Assembly (NCBI GenBank): GCA_964019425.1 | Contig: OZ025793.1 | Location: forward strand, 62,001 to 126,000 | Source: Flectonema sp. DT1601 | Lineage: Eukaryota | Length of the DNA stretch: 64,000 bases | Reading direction: 5' to 3' | Shown here: in pieces, positions 1 to 11,868 of the stretch | Position numbering within the stretch: the stretch's first letter is position 1 | Layout of the letters: each line of letters starts with the position of its first letter | Position numbers and translations under genes: made by a program | Notes under the pieces: model-generated | Databases searched by the model: none | Seen by the model: the letters and a program-made list of their open reading frames with translations, nothing else | Told to the model about the DNA's origin: nothing

Positions 1-1584
1 TTTCTTCTCAGAGGTGACGGGTAGTTCCTTGTCATATCTCCAATTTGTCTTGAAAAAGAATTGCTGGAGGTTATCTCTCTGTTTCGGAAAATCCCAGTAT
101 GTACTAAGAATGAAATCTTTGTATTGTGGGAAGAGGCTCTTCTTCGAGTACCCTCGGCTGCGTAGCCTGTAAATCACCTTTTCGATTTCCAAGTATAAGT
201 CGAAGTCGTTGTTGATATTGGTTGCTGCTCTGTACAAGGCTCCTTTCAATATGCCCGGACCAAGGCTTCTTGGTGCGTTTGATGTCGAGCTTGTGTATTT
301 GATGGGTTGAAAATTGAACAGATTTTCTTTGTCCCATATTGACAGACGAATGAATGGATGTCCTCTTGGTCTTTCTTCAAATCTTACTCTCATTCCTAGG
401 AAAACTATGTCATTGCGTCCAAGTGACGTATCTGTGTATGACATTTGATATTCAGCTTGCGGAGGTGGAGTAGGTTCATTCTTACTAAAGATTAGAAAGT
501 CATCAATATATCTGAAGATTATCCTGTCATTAGCAATACTTAAACCATTGCTATGGATGATGTTGTCAATCCAGTTCTTTTCGATACCAAAGCAGTACAG
601 ATTAGCAATGTGAGGAGAGCATTGAGAACCCATTGGAATACCATGACATTGCCTTAACATATGGTCACCATTTTTAATATAAGAATTAGATAGTATTACA
701 TTCAGTAGTTCCTTGATCTCCTCTATGTTGTAAGCAACTTGCACATCTTCGTTAAATTCGTTTGCCAAGTAGAAATCTTTACCAATTCGACTTCGTTTAT
801 CTCTAACTATCAAATTGTCTCCAATGTATTCTTCGACTAATGTATTAATAACAGCTTTAATTTTTGTATGTGGTAAGTTGGTGTACATATCCGAGAAGTC
901 AAAAGTGCTAACTCTCATTTCTTGAAGAGAGGAGTAGTTACTTTTAATGTACTGAGCAACTTCATCAACATTATCCACAATGAAGTATTTTCTGACTCCT
1001 GTTGTATCAGATTTCTCTGTTTCGACTTTTTTAACTATAGACATAAATGTTTTCATGATACCAGAGAATTCTGTAGCCATGTCTGTGGTTGCAGAAAAAG
1101 GTGCCGGTGAAATTCTGGAGTTAATGTACCGAACTTCCATTGTTTTGTTAGACTTGCCAGCTATGAATCTGAATTTAGGTGGAACCTTGTGCATCTTTGG
1201 ATTACCATATAAGTATGGTAAGTTATCGGTATGTCGAAACTTATGTTTTTTGTTGATGCTTTCAATGTTCTTCATTATGGGTTCTCTCTGTTCTTCCGGA
1301 ATTGTAAGATAAACAGAGTTGTTGTTGACTTGTTCACTCAACTTGTGCGTATAATACTTCTTACAACATACAGCAATATCGTGAGTTGTTTTGTCAATAT
1401 TAGTAAATACAAGGTGCTCTCTGAGTTTCTTGACTTCTTTTTCGACTTGTTTGAATTCATCTACAATGTCAATTTGTGGAAGTTTCCCGATTTGTTTTTT
1501 AATGGCATTCTTTAGGAATTTACTCAGCGGAGTAAATTTTTCATCCATAAAATACTGAATGATATAATCGTCAATCGAATTCAT
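1..1584 (-). mobile_element. Penelope-like element reverse transcriptase ORF (uninterrupted, 3' end beyond window)
   Basis: Hand translation gives 528 open codons from ATG 1584 to base 1; absent from the ORF track because there is no stop in the window. Motifs: FTNIDKTTHDIAVCCKKYY, LPYLYGNPKMHK..PKFRFIA, TFDFSDMYTNLPH, QCHGIPMGSQCSPHIANLY, FRYIDD, FLGM, LRSRGY. Confidence 0.9.
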
Positions 1585-2508
1585 TATTTCCTGTGATATG
1601 CTTCTCGGGTCTTCAAAGATGCGGGTGTCAGATTGAGACGCTTACGGAAAGGAATGCGTCGCCATTCCTTTCCATTCCTTGTACATCGATCGATTTGGAT
1701 GTCCAATTTGTGCCTGGCTGATGAGCAAAGGAGATCGTCTACTTCCGACAAAGATTGTTTGTCAGGAAGAAGAAGTACACAGTGAGAAACGATCATTTGA
1801 CGATTGGGCTGCAATCAAAAGGATCAAAACGGATATTTGCAGCGTAACAGACAACGACACGGGCGGTGGGGAAAAACTTGTAGTTGTTAATCAAAGAAAA
1901 TTACGTTTAAAAGGGAAAACTATATTTTTGTCTTATCGACTAGAAGACGTGGTCGAATCTGGTAATTCGGACGGCGGGGGAATGAACAACGGACTCCCCG
2001 GGACCGGAGTGGGAGAGGTTAATAATACCCCCCGTTGAGATACACGCTAGGGACACACGCGCTCCCAGGATTCCCACCAATATCATTGACAACAAAGCTG
2101 CGTGTGCTTTCATTTTCCTCTTGGTAAATTAAACTGTTGAGAAAAAGTACAGTTGCTGGACACGGGAAAACGAGAAAAAAAAAGCAGCTCGAACCTCTTC
2201 ACCTTCGAGGGATTTATGTTCCAAATTGTCTTGTCTGACTCAGAACATGTAGTTCGATATTTGAAGTGCTCTCATAAAGTATTGACTTCTGTACTTGTTT
2301 GAAGACTCTACCTGTTAGAAAGTAAATTACGATGTTGAGAGAAGCTTCTACAGAACAATAGGCTGCTCATAATTCATTGTTGCCCTACGAGAACTGACTT
2401 ACTGATGTGGAATTTGATGTTTTGCTATTCTTTCCGACGAAGACATATTGTGTTCATGCAGTTCACGGTTACCAATAAACTGGACAACAAATAACACAGT
2501 ACGTGATT

Positions 2509-3108
2509 TTAACGGTACGACTTGGCGTATCTCGATCTGGCTCCAGATCCTCCGAACTTCTTGGCCTCAGCACGACGTGGGTCGGCAATGAGGAGACAAC
2601 GATCGTAGGCAAGGTAAGAGTCCTTGATGGCTTGCTTGGACTGTTTTTATTTTTTTAGAACAATATTTTGACTCGACTTATTCATTGTACTAAACAATGC
2701 GATTCAATATGTGTGAAGACATAAATATAATCGACACAACGTTCGCTACCTTTAAATGGAAGTGTCTTCCTAATGACATCTTCAACTACAGAAAGTAACA
2801 ACACATACTGGCTCATCAACGAACTTCTGGTTGTATGAAACGATCGCCTTTGCCATGGCCTGTCTGATGGCGAAGATCTGACTGGTGTGACCTCCTCCTC
2901 TCACTCTGAGTCTCATGTCAACCTGCTTGAAGCTAGCCTTTCCGGCCAACAAGATTGGCTCCTGAAGCTTCAATCTGAGACCCTCTGGCTTGATGTTCAT
3001 AAGAGGAACTCCATTAACACGAATCATTCCCTTTCCTTTCTTACAAGTCACAACAGCAACCGCGTGCTTCTTCTTTCCGTAGGTCTGAACCTTTTGAACT
3101 CCGTCCAT
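2509..3108 (-). CDS. RPS16: 40S ribosomal protein S16 (uS9), copy 1; exons 3108-2809 and 2640-2509
   Basis: [45 protein letters not shown]; intron 2641-2808 GTATGT...ACAG, phase 0. Confidence 0.97.
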
Positions 3109-3639
3109 GATGTTAGATAAGAGCAATAAATGAGCTGCGAGGAGAAATATGTTTACAACTCAAGAGTAGGAAGTGAAGTAACAAACAAAGAAATGACTCC
3201 TTCAATTATTTGATGAATGTTTCTAACCTGAAATAAAATAAAATATTCCACTTCATGTCACCACCAGGGGGGATAACGATTATTCCAACAAGTGAAACAT
3301 ACCAGCCAAAGCTGAAATGTTACATGCCAAGAAAATACATAAACAAGAAGGCCGGGTGACCGTCTAATTTTAAACACGAATGTGACTCTCAGAAGTAGAA
3401 GAGCTCTAAAGTTCCTATCTTTTATTTTGATAAACACTCAAAGTTCCTTATTGTCCTCAGGAGGGGTCGTAGAATACGTAAATAACAAAAACTGTAACTG
3501 GTGGTACGTAATTGATGATAAATTTATTCAACATTTCTTTCTTTAGCACAAAGAAAACACAAGTAGTCTTCTTCATTTCTTCCTCTCCCTTTCTTTTTTT
3601 TCTCAAATCAGTAAATAATGAATACCAACCACTTCAGTC

Positions 3640-4203
3640 TTAACGGTACGACTTGGCGTATCTCGATCTGGCTCCAGATCCTCCGAACTTCTTGGCCTCA
3701 GCACGACGTGGGTCGGCAATGAGGAGACAACGATCGTAGGCAAGGTAAGAGTCCTTGATGGCTTGCTTGGACTGTTTGAATATTTTGTTTTGTACTAATT
3801 CAGTTCGTTGACCGACTGATTAAAAAACAACGAGCTAAAATAAAAACACTTTTCTTTTATTAACCTCACTAATTAATAGAAACTAAAAGTGAACAACACA
3901 TACTGGCTCATCAACGAACTTCTGGTTGTATGAAACGATCGCCTTTGCCATGGCCTGTCTGATGGCGAAGATCTGACTGGTGTGACCTCCTCCTCTCACT
4001 CTGAGTCTCATGTCAACCTGCTTGAAGCTAGCCTTTCCGGCCAACAAGATTGGCTCCTGAAGCTTCAATCTGAGACCCTCTGGCTTGATGTTCATAAGAG
4101 GAACTCCATTAACACGAATCATTCCCTTTCCTTTCTTACAAGTCACAACAGCAACCGCGTGCTTCTTCTTTCCGTAGGTCTGAACCTTTTGAACTCCGTC
4201 CAT
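3640..4203 (-). CDS. RPS16: 40S ribosomal protein S16 (uS9), copy 2; exons 4203-3904 and 3771-3640
   Basis: Exons identical to copy 1; intron 3772-3903 GTATGT...ACAG. Confidence 0.97.
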
Positions 4204-4432
4204 GATGTTAGATAAGATCTGTTTGATAAATTGAAAGATAGAAACATTAGTATTCTCTTCCTCATTACAAAATTTGCGCAATGTGAGCTCAGAGCACAAC
4301 GCAATCCAACAGAAGTACAATAAATTTCATGTACCGCACCAACACAGGTGCCTGGTAGTACTTCCCACTTCCAACATTATAGCTGTGGGTAATTACAGGT
4401 TCTTACCATCCAATAATAGAAAACTTGTTTGT

Positions 4433-5935
4433 TTAACGTTTTCGCTTACTTGGTTCTTTGACACGCTTTGCTGCCTTTCGGGACATGAATGAAACAGCGT
4501 GCTGCGTGAACTTTGAAAGCATTGCGTAGTATTGTGGCTCCAGTTCAATTCCTGGTGGACGTTGAGGACGAGCAACAGGACTGCGATCAGTCACAGTTGC
4601 AGATGAAGAAGAGGTGCTTTCAGAAGAACTATCACTGGAATCAATATGATGATCATAAATGTGTTTAGCTAGAAAGGTCGTAGCCAAGTGGGTAGCAGTT
4701 CGAATAGATTTGAAAGTACTGACGGAATTGAACCCGAGACCTGTAATCGGGTCGGAGTATTTCCAGGACGTTCTTTTTGTGATGATCAGATTATCATCGA
4801 CACCAGTGATGTTATTAGGAACTTGTTTTGGGAATACTAATAACTGTCTCTGTGTTCCAGCACATGACACGAACTGTTTACCATCACTCTTCTTTAATGA
4901 ACTGTGATAAACTATCCTCGGTCCTGTTAGTCTTCGGCCTTCTTTTATAAGTCGAAATTGCTCTGCTCTCTGTTCTTCAACTCTTTTCATTTTGTCCACA
5001 ATTTCTGCAAGAGTATCGTGAGTGTCAGCGGCGACTACTTTTGCCTGCTTCAGACGATTATTCTGCCAAGCGAGTGATTCTTTAAAAGAAGTGACTCGAC
5101 CACCTTTGGTGTTTTTAGCTGCTGGTTTTCGAGATTCCACCACAACCGGAGGAGGTCCCTTTCCCTTTCCAATCCCATCACCTTCTTGAGAAGACTCTTC
5201 AGACTCTTCGTCATCATCATCTTGTTCACTGTCAGAGTAGCTCTCACTGTCAGTGTCTTTTTCAATTGACTGAAGGCCGAGTGTGTAGCTGACGTCTTTA
5301 TCGAGTTTGTTAGTAATTTCTATAACTGAATCCAACCACATTACTTGAGTCCCATTAACATGAGTTATTGTCATTCCTGATCTTATTCCTGCTTTGTGTG
5401 CTAATGAAGATGGTTTTATCTTATTTATTAAAGGTACTTGTCTGTCATACCAAGGTGATATTGGTTGGCCGACGTCAATTCCTAGCTGAGAGAACTGTTG
5501 AGTGAGTTCAACTGTTTGGTGATGGCTGCCGAGAGAAGGTCTGAGTGGAAGGGCTTCAGGTTTAGGAAGTTTTCTGCGTTGGGCAGGTTTCTTTTTATTT
5601 GGTTTTGTACTTGTTGACGATTGCATGTTACTCTCATCTCCACTCGTCCAACTGCTACAGACCGATTCAAGTAGCGCTTCTCTTTGTGCTCCGCTACTTG
5701 TTGCGTAGGTCAGGTCAGAAGCGTCTTCTTGCCATCTCTGTTGTCCGTAGAAATCATCATCACCGGTACTGACAGAGAGCTTTCTTTTTATAGTTCTTCT
5801 TGTACCAGCTCTAACACCTGTCCTTGGTAAGTATCGCCACTCTACTGGTTCTGAAGAAGAGCTGTCTGATTCTTCTTCACTCTCTTCATTCTCTTCTTCT
5901 TCCTCATCTTCTTCTTCTTCACTATCAGAACTCAT
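4433..5935 (-). CDS. Acidic low-complexity protein with a PDZ domain
   Basis: 500-aa ORF; LGIDV..LINKIKPSSLAHKAGIRSGMTITHVNG is PDZ-like. Confidence 0.75.
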   Translation of the reverse strand: MSSDSEEEEDEEEEENEESEEESDSSSSEPVEWRYLPRTGVRAGTRRTIKRKLSVSTGDDDFYGQQRWQEDASDLTYATSSGAQREALLESVCSSWTSGDESNMQSSTSTKPNKKKPAQRRKLPKPEALPLRPSLGSHHQTVELTQQFSQLGIDVGQPISPWYDRQVPLINKIKPSSLAHKAGIRSGMTITHVNGTQVMWLDSVIEITNKLDKDVSYTLGLQSIEKDTDSESYSDSEQDDDDEESEESSQEGDGIGKGKGPPPVVVESRKPAAKNTKGGRVTSFKESLAWQNNRLKQAKVVAADTHDTLAEIVDKMKRVEEQRAEQFRLIKEGRRLTGPRIVYHSSLKKSDGKQFVSCAGTQRQLLVFPKQVPNNITGVDDNLIITKRTSWKYSDPITGLGFNSVSTFKSIRTATHLATTFLAKHIYDHHIDSSDSSSESTSSSSATVTDRSPVARPQRPPGIELEPQYYAMLSKFTQHAVSFMSRKAAKRVKEPSKRKR

Positions 5936-6208
5936 GTTGTCTTTCTGGGAATTGTGTTATTAATTAACAACTAAAACTATCACAGCACTTGTGAGAATAC
6001 AAAACAATCACACAAACCTTACTCAGAACAATATACATATTGAGGTGTTTCCTGTTCTTGTAGTGTTTGACGAACTTCACAAACAGTTAAAATATTTCCA
6101 ATACTGAAATACAATTACGGTACAATACAATATAATATAATAAGGCAAGACAGATGGTATCAAACGGAGGAGGAGCTAACAACAACTACACAGTCTAGAT
6201 TGGATTAT

Positions 6209-8968
6209 TTACTTCCTAACGTAAGGATTGAACTTACTACTTCTAATCCATTGTAACCAGGTGTCTCTGTCTTTGATGTTTAGTTGCATTTTATAAGTAA
6301 CGGAAGGTGGTCGGGGTGAGGAAGTTCTATTTTTGCTGAGGGAACGTTCAGTTTCGCGAAGAGTTACATTCTTAAGAGAATAATTGGTGTCATATTTTGA
6401 GTCTCTCTGAGTTGATTTTCTACCTCCATGAGGATCGTGAAACATTGTGAGGTCACCAACTTTAGAGTGAGTGCGTCGGGGGGATTCGAAGTTACGATCA
6501 GTCTTTGAAATCTTCAGAAGTAGTCCTCCAGCGACGTCAGTTAATACCTCCGCCTGAACAATTCGATCCAACAGTAATGAATCTGTTAAGAGACCTGAGA
6601 TAGACATTAAATCAAGTGAAGGATGACCTCCTACAACACCAGCTCTAATATTTCTCATTACTAAAACAGATCCATCAGTCGATCCATTTATTAGAAGCAG
6701 ACAAGAATTAGTTGCTAATCGTCTTGTGCTCAGCTGTTCAACATCCAAGAATGACGTCAAAGACTCATCTGATTGTTTAGTCTTCGGGTGATTATTAGTA
6801 CCAAAGATATGATCATAAGAAGGAGGTGCAATACTTGAGAATCCTTTTCTAGCAGGAGTGACACCATTCGTTGTGGTCGGTGACGAAAAAACAGAAACAG
6901 AAGAAGGTGACTGTTGTGGTGTTGGTGTCTGTTTTCCACTCATCGGACTTGTCGGAAGTGTGCTCGACAGTCCAGTAATTGAATTGTAAGTTGAAAATAA
7001 AACTTCCTCACCCGACTGATCATTAGTAGGAGTATTAGTAGTGGTATCGTGTAGGAATTCCTTAACAGCTTCACTAATTCCTCCCTCAGGTAAGAATGGG
7101 AATCTGCTTCTAACATCTTCCGAAGGATCATCTTGTCTACCTTGTAACCAAGATGGTTTAAGTCCTTCAATGTTCATAATAATATTTGGATCTATCTTAG
7201 TGTGTTCCATGCAGTTTGCAGAAAGCATTTGTTCCAACTGTTCCTTTGCGATGTCAAGACGGGATTGAAGTCGCTGAATGTCCCAACGGACGTTTCCCAA
7301 CCTTCCGTATGACACATTCCTCCAATCACTAACTTCTGCTTGGATAACTTTATGTGTTTGTAATGCTTTCATGACGTATATTTTCCATTCTTCATATCGC
7401 GCTGCGACAACAGAGAGATCTTTGGATATTTCCTGTGCACGCTCAAGTCGTGGAGGCTGTGATTCGATACATCTTTCTAATGACCGTAACCTCGACAGAT
7501 GACTTGATGAATGTCTTTCTCCAGTTAGTACTTCTCTGAGGTTACCCATCCACTGAAGACAATTCTTCCATTGATATTTATTCATATTAATATTCTCTTT
7601 GTGAAGATCTAATTGTGCTTCTACTGTGTCGAGTAGGACTTCATTTACAGCTCCAAAAGTACTTTTCAGTCGTCGCATTTCCGATTCAAGAAGATGAATT
7701 GCTCTCCCAAGAGAATCCACCCGATCAGTTCCAACCTGAACTGCTAAGTCGAAGGGCTCACTAGTGTCACTCTCTTCTTCTGGTAAGAGATCAGTAGAAG
7801 GTCGTTCGATGTTATATAAAGTAGTGAGGTCACGAGCTTCCAATCGACTGTGTTGCTTTGGAGATATGACTGGTTCATAACTCGCCTCTTGTGGTAGTGG
7901 TACAAACATTGAAGCATTAGCAGACGGGTGCCTCATCTTACGAGCAGGATACTTCTTTACAGTCTCGTGAAATGTCTGTCCCTGAAATGGCCTCGCAACA
8001 ACTTTTCTCTGACGGGGTGAGTCCGGTATAATCAAACCTGTCCGAAATTCTTCCGTCGAACCCTCTCGTTCCGGAGCAGTTGGTTCATCAATCCGAAGAA
8101 GGTTATGAAATGGAGTGGAGTAGTCAGATTTCCCCGTCTTCTTTGTTTTCTGTTTCTCTTTACCTGTTTCACCTTCAGGAACGTCTTCGGGCTTTTTATC
8201 GTCTTCAGCCGCATCCTTGGAGAGCGGTACGTCACTATCAGAGTCAGAGTGAAAAGTTGCCGTCTTTACTTCCGAATGTTCTTCTCCTCGATCGGATATG
8301 CTTCCAGCCAAGCTGATGGTTGGGGAGGTCTTTGCTCTTAAGTTACTGGCATTCAGGTAATTATCTCCCCTACCAATCGAAGTGGGTGTTTGCTTCACTT
8401 GTGAGGGAAAGTCACCAGGACTCTGACCTGACACTGGAGAGTTGAATCGAGCCATCTCTGCTTCTAAGTAAGCTCCGTATTGATTACTGTTTGGCGAGTT
8501 ACTATAACTTTTAATACTTTCTGTACTTATTGATACTTTCTTAAATGAAGTAGATGATGGCTCTCTATTTAACTTTAGATTACTGTGAGCAGAAGAAGAT
8601 TGTTGTGAACTTCTTTTAACAACTTCAGATGGTGTCGCTGTGTGTTGTAACTTTCCGAGTAAGAAAGCAGCTTCAGAACCAACTTCACTAGTCGCTGCAA
8701 TAGTTGTTGAAGCCTGCGATGACATTCGTGAGATTTGTTGATCAGGTTTCCTACGAAGTGTCGATGATGCTGGAGGAAGTAATATTGGTATCGTGGCTTC
8801 TTTATCATCTGTTTTAGCAGTATGCTCATCTGAGCCTACCCACATTCCTTCTATGTTACCATGTCCTGGACTTCCTCCCTTTGCTCCTCGAACTGCACCT
8901 CCCCCCAACACTAAGCCAGGCTTTACTTCACCTTCTGCTTCTTGTGCTATGGCTGTTAAGGCATCCAT
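6209..8968 (-). CDS. Hypothetical protein, Ser/Pro-rich with a central coiled coil
   Basis: 919-aa ORF; no family recognised. Confidence 0.8.
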   Translation of the reverse strand: MDALTAIAQEAEGEVKPGLVLGGGAVRGAKGGSPGHGNIEGMWVGSDEHTAKTDDKEATIPILLPPASSTLRRKPDQQISRMSSQASTTIAATSEVGSEAAFLLGKLQHTATPSEVVKRSSQQSSSAHSNLKLNREPSSTSFKKVSISTESIKSYSNSPNSNQYGAYLEAEMARFNSPVSGQSPGDFPSQVKQTPTSIGRGDNYLNASNLRAKTSPTISLAGSISDRGEEHSEVKTATFHSDSDSDVPLSKDAAEDDKKPEDVPEGETGKEKQKTKKTGKSDYSTPFHNLLRIDEPTAPEREGSTEEFRTGLIIPDSPRQRKVVARPFQGQTFHETVKKYPARKMRHPSANASMFVPLPQEASYEPVISPKQHSRLEARDLTTLYNIERPSTDLLPEEESDTSEPFDLAVQVGTDRVDSLGRAIHLLESEMRRLKSTFGAVNEVLLDTVEAQLDLHKENINMNKYQWKNCLQWMGNLREVLTGERHSSSHLSRLRSLERCIESQPPRLERAQEISKDLSVVAARYEEWKIYVMKALQTHKVIQAEVSDWRNVSYGRLGNVRWDIQRLQSRLDIAKEQLEQMLSANCMEHTKIDPNIIMNIEGLKPSWLQGRQDDPSEDVRSRFPFLPEGGISEAVKEFLHDTTTNTPTNDQSGEEVLFSTYNSITGLSSTLPTSPMSGKQTPTPQQSPSSVSVFSSPTTTNGVTPARKGFSSIAPPSYDHIFGTNNHPKTKQSDESLTSFLDVEQLSTRRLATNSCLLLINGSTDGSVLVMRNIRAGVVGGHPSLDLMSISGLLTDSLLLDRIVQAEVLTDVAGGLLLKISKTDRNFESPRRTHSKVGDLTMFHDPHGGRKSTQRDSKYDTNYSLKNVTLRETERSLSKNRTSSPRPPSVTYKMQLNIKDRDTWLQWIRSSKFNPYVRK

Positions 8969-9327
8969 TGTGGGGAGGTCTGAATAAAACTAAAATAGAA
9001 TGATCTAAAGAACCCAACAGTTCTCAAAGAGCTTCTTTGCCACACCGACGACCTGCGAAACTTTCTGTTCGCGCAGGGTGGGCGACAAAAGAACACAAAA
9101 AAAATCGAAACAAAATAATTGACTTTGCAAGAAGCTATTTACTGTGTATGCTGCAACTTAAGTGAGTTTTTTGCTTGCAAGTTAAGCACATTAACTCTTC
9201 CTCCCGAAGGAGGAAACAATAGAGACAGGAGGATAGAAAAAAAAGGCAACGAAAAGCCCGAAAAAAATAAATTACTTCATTTGGTAAATACAAAGCAGAC
9301 CCCACCCCCCACCAGACGATTTATTGA

Positions 9328-9852
9328 TTACTTTGATTTCGGTTTTACAATACACTCGTCACTATCGTGTTGAAGACAGGTTCCAAATTCCTGTTCCACA
9401 GTTTTGAAATTAAATCTAACTGGAGAGCATCCCTCATCAGTACCGCAATAGAGATTACGAATGTTGCAAAAATTTGTTGAGAAATCCAAGAAACTTGTCG
9501 ACTGACTCTCCGAACAAGATTTTACTAAACAAGAAGAACTATCAGACGGAGATAATGAAATCATAAACTTATCCGTGTAATGTTTTCCTGGAGTATGAGG
9601 AGCTCCACCAGTAGTACGCTTCCCAACAATTAATTTAGAAGTGTTTGACGTTAATGAATAACTCCCATTGTTGTGTGGATCACTCCATCCATCCAACCCC
9701 AACATTCGAGCTGTTATTTCAACTGCTGTGCGATCACAAGGTGCTGCTACAGTAGCTGTAACCTCACAAGATGCATAAATAAAAGCTGAACTACCAGGAC
9801 ACTGGTATGACGCTGCAACACTAGCTGCGATGATTGTTGCGATGGCTGACAT
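9328..9852 (-). CDS. Secreted Cys-rich hypothetical protein
   Basis: 174 aa, hydrophobic N-terminus, WSDPHNNG and STNFCNIRNLYC motifs. Confidence 0.75.
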   Translation of the reverse strand: MSAIATIIAASVAASYQCPGSSAFIYASCEVTATVAAPCDRTAVEITARMLGLDGWSDPHNNGSYSLTSNTSKLIVGKRTTGGAPHTPGKHYTDKFMISLSPSDSSSCLVKSCSESQSTSFLDFSTNFCNIRNLYCGTDEGCSPVRFNFKTVEQEFGTCLQHDSDECIVKPKSK

Positions 9853-10082
9853 TATTTAACTTCTGAAATAGTGAAATGAAAGTTAAGTCTCAAAAGAACA
9901 AAATAAATTCAACTAAACAACATTACAAAATATACAGCCAACCTGTAGAAGGCGGCAAAATCTATTTGCGGATACATGTGTGGGATGGAACGCATTTTAT
10001 TCAACGCATCAAGTGCCAAGTGATAGATAGACCAGTGTCTATCATTACTTTATTACAATACATTTGACTGTTTAGTTATCAC

Positions 10083-11231
10083 CTAAATAGCAGATGAGGC
10101 AGCAGTACTACGAGGAAGATAACGAGAAGGAGTTCCATAAGAACCACCAGCTGATACCCAGGGTGATGCTAATCCTAATTGACTAACTGATGGCAGTACA
10201 CGAGGTGGGCTTCCTGGTGGAGGGATGCTTGCGGTTGGAGGTATTGGTGCTGCAGCAACAGCGTGAGATGACAGCCGACTGACTTCACTTGTCAGTTGTT
10301 CGATTCTCCTTCGCGGGGTTTCATGCTGACCTTGCGGGTGGCGGTACCTATATCTTGGATCTTGATTTTGAGAAAGATCTTGTGAGTCGCAGTCAGCTAA
10401 GTGTTCCAATGCTTCGATATATCTCGCAGGAGGTACGACATTATATGGTTTCACAAGTTTTCGAAGTTCCTTACCATTCATTGTCGGAAATCTAATGAGT
10501 TCCATGAGAGGCGCACAAAGCTCAGCAGCTTCACGAGAAACAGCTGACGGAATAGAAGGCATCGACTCACCAACCTGAGCAGTAGCCCATTGAACAACAG
10601 CTACGAATAATTGATATTCATCAACTGGAAGGGGTTCTAATGACAGCAGTGCTCTCAGACCGGGAAGCGCAATTTTCTTAAGGCTGTCTAACTCCAGAAG
10701 TCTAATCAGTAGGGTGGGCTGTTGTAATTTTTCAGTACATTTTGATTTTAGGTTGTGCAAGTTACAGATTTCAGCGACCTCAAGATTAACTAAAATAGCG
10801 TCACTTCCGATATTCTCACACAGATATTGCTCACAGGCTTCTACAAGTCCGTGTACCTGAAATCTATGCGACAATAGTAAAAGAGAATGAACATTGTCAT
10901 AGCTCACAGTTGCTGTAGATGAGTAAAGGTATTTCATGAGGTGAATGAATACGGAAGCGTCAACTCCTTCATCCATACGAATCTCTGATTGTCCATTCCA
11001 CTCACCTCCAGGAGATAAATATTGTTTCATTACAGTTGATCTACCAGCTAGAATTACTTTATGAGAGTACACTACTTCCAAACCATTACTAAACCTAAAC
11101 ATAATATCACTAAAGTCTTCTCCTAACATTGACCCAAGATCCTTTCGAATACTGTCATCACTCAGAGTCATGTCAGGCATTCTTGTTTGACTATTAGTAA
11201 GAGCAAAGTCTTGAGGATACGGACTCGACAT
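10083..11231 (-). CDS. BTB/POZ-BACK domain protein
   Basis: FSDIMFRF..HKVILAGRS..FIHLMKYLYS (BTB) followed by EYQLFVAVVQW..LIRFPTM (BACK). Confidence 0.9.
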   Translation of the reverse strand: MSSPYPQDFALTNSQTRMPDMTLSDDSIRKDLGSMLGEDFSDIMFRFSNGLEVVYSHKVILAGRSTVMKQYLSPGGEWNGQSEIRMDEGVDASVFIHLMKYLYSSTATVSYDNVHSLLLLSHRFQVHGLVEACEQYLCENIGSDAILVNLEVAEICNLHNLKSKCTEKLQQPTLLIRLLELDSLKKIALPGLRALLSLEPLPVDEYQLFVAVVQWATAQVGESMPSIPSAVSREAAELCAPLMELIRFPTMNGKELRKLVKPYNVVPPARYIEALEHLADCDSQDLSQNQDPRYRYRHPQGQHETPRRRIEQLTSEVSRLSSHAVAAAPIPPTASIPPPGSPPRVLPSVSQLGLASPWVSAGGSYGTPSRYLPRSTAASSAI

Positions 11232-11322
11232 GTTAATGTATTTATTTGTAAAGACTGATTATTAAAAAAAGAAATATTATTTTCAAGTTCTATCTGTTTA
11301 AAACGATGTTTCATTTAATTAT

Positions 11323-11571
11323 TTAAAAACACCTCTCAAGAGCCTTCTTGAGAACTATTTCCTGTTCCTTTAGAATCTTTAATTTTGTACAAACATCGAT
11401 GTCAGAGTCGTCAACAATTCTTTGCTGAACTCTTTGCTGAGTGTCAAGTCTAGCAGCAGTTAACCACCTGTCACTGTCTGGAGGTGATAGTACCTTCCCA
11501 GTGATGTATTGATTTATTAATTCACGAGCTCGGTTATCATTTTTGTAATAACACTTTCGAGGGGAATCCAT
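11323..11571 (-). CDS. Small hypothetical protein (82 aa)
   Basis: ATG MDSPRK downstream of a CAG acceptor-like site near 11588; ORF evidence only. Confidence 0.5.
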   Translation of the reverse strand: MDSPRKCYYKNDNRARELINQYITGKVLSPPDSDRWLTAARLDTQQRVQQRIVDDSDIDVCTKLKILKEQEIVLKKALERCF

Positions 11572-11868
11572 ATTTACATTCAAAAGTCTGCAAGGAATAA
11601 AATAACTCGTAAGAATATAACGATGGCTATAATAAAACAAGTCTTTTCAAGGTTGCCATTCTTGCTTGTTGAAGTTCTCGTGAGAAACTATAACTTTGGT
11701 TGGAATCGATAGCTTCCTACTGAGAGAGTTTTAATACGAAAGTACATAAGATGGGTACCCAAAACGATAGGTTTACGAATTCACCTTATCATTCCACAGT
11801 AAGGCTTTATAATCTGATATGAATTCCAGTTCATAAATCTGTTGGCCAGTCGAGTCGCAGTGTTGCGG

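Noticed and set aside
922..2038. Plus-strand ORFs over and upstream of the PLE, and CTGATGA near 1718
   Set aside because: Antisense shadows or unrecognisable; no stem II-GAAA follows the CTGATGA
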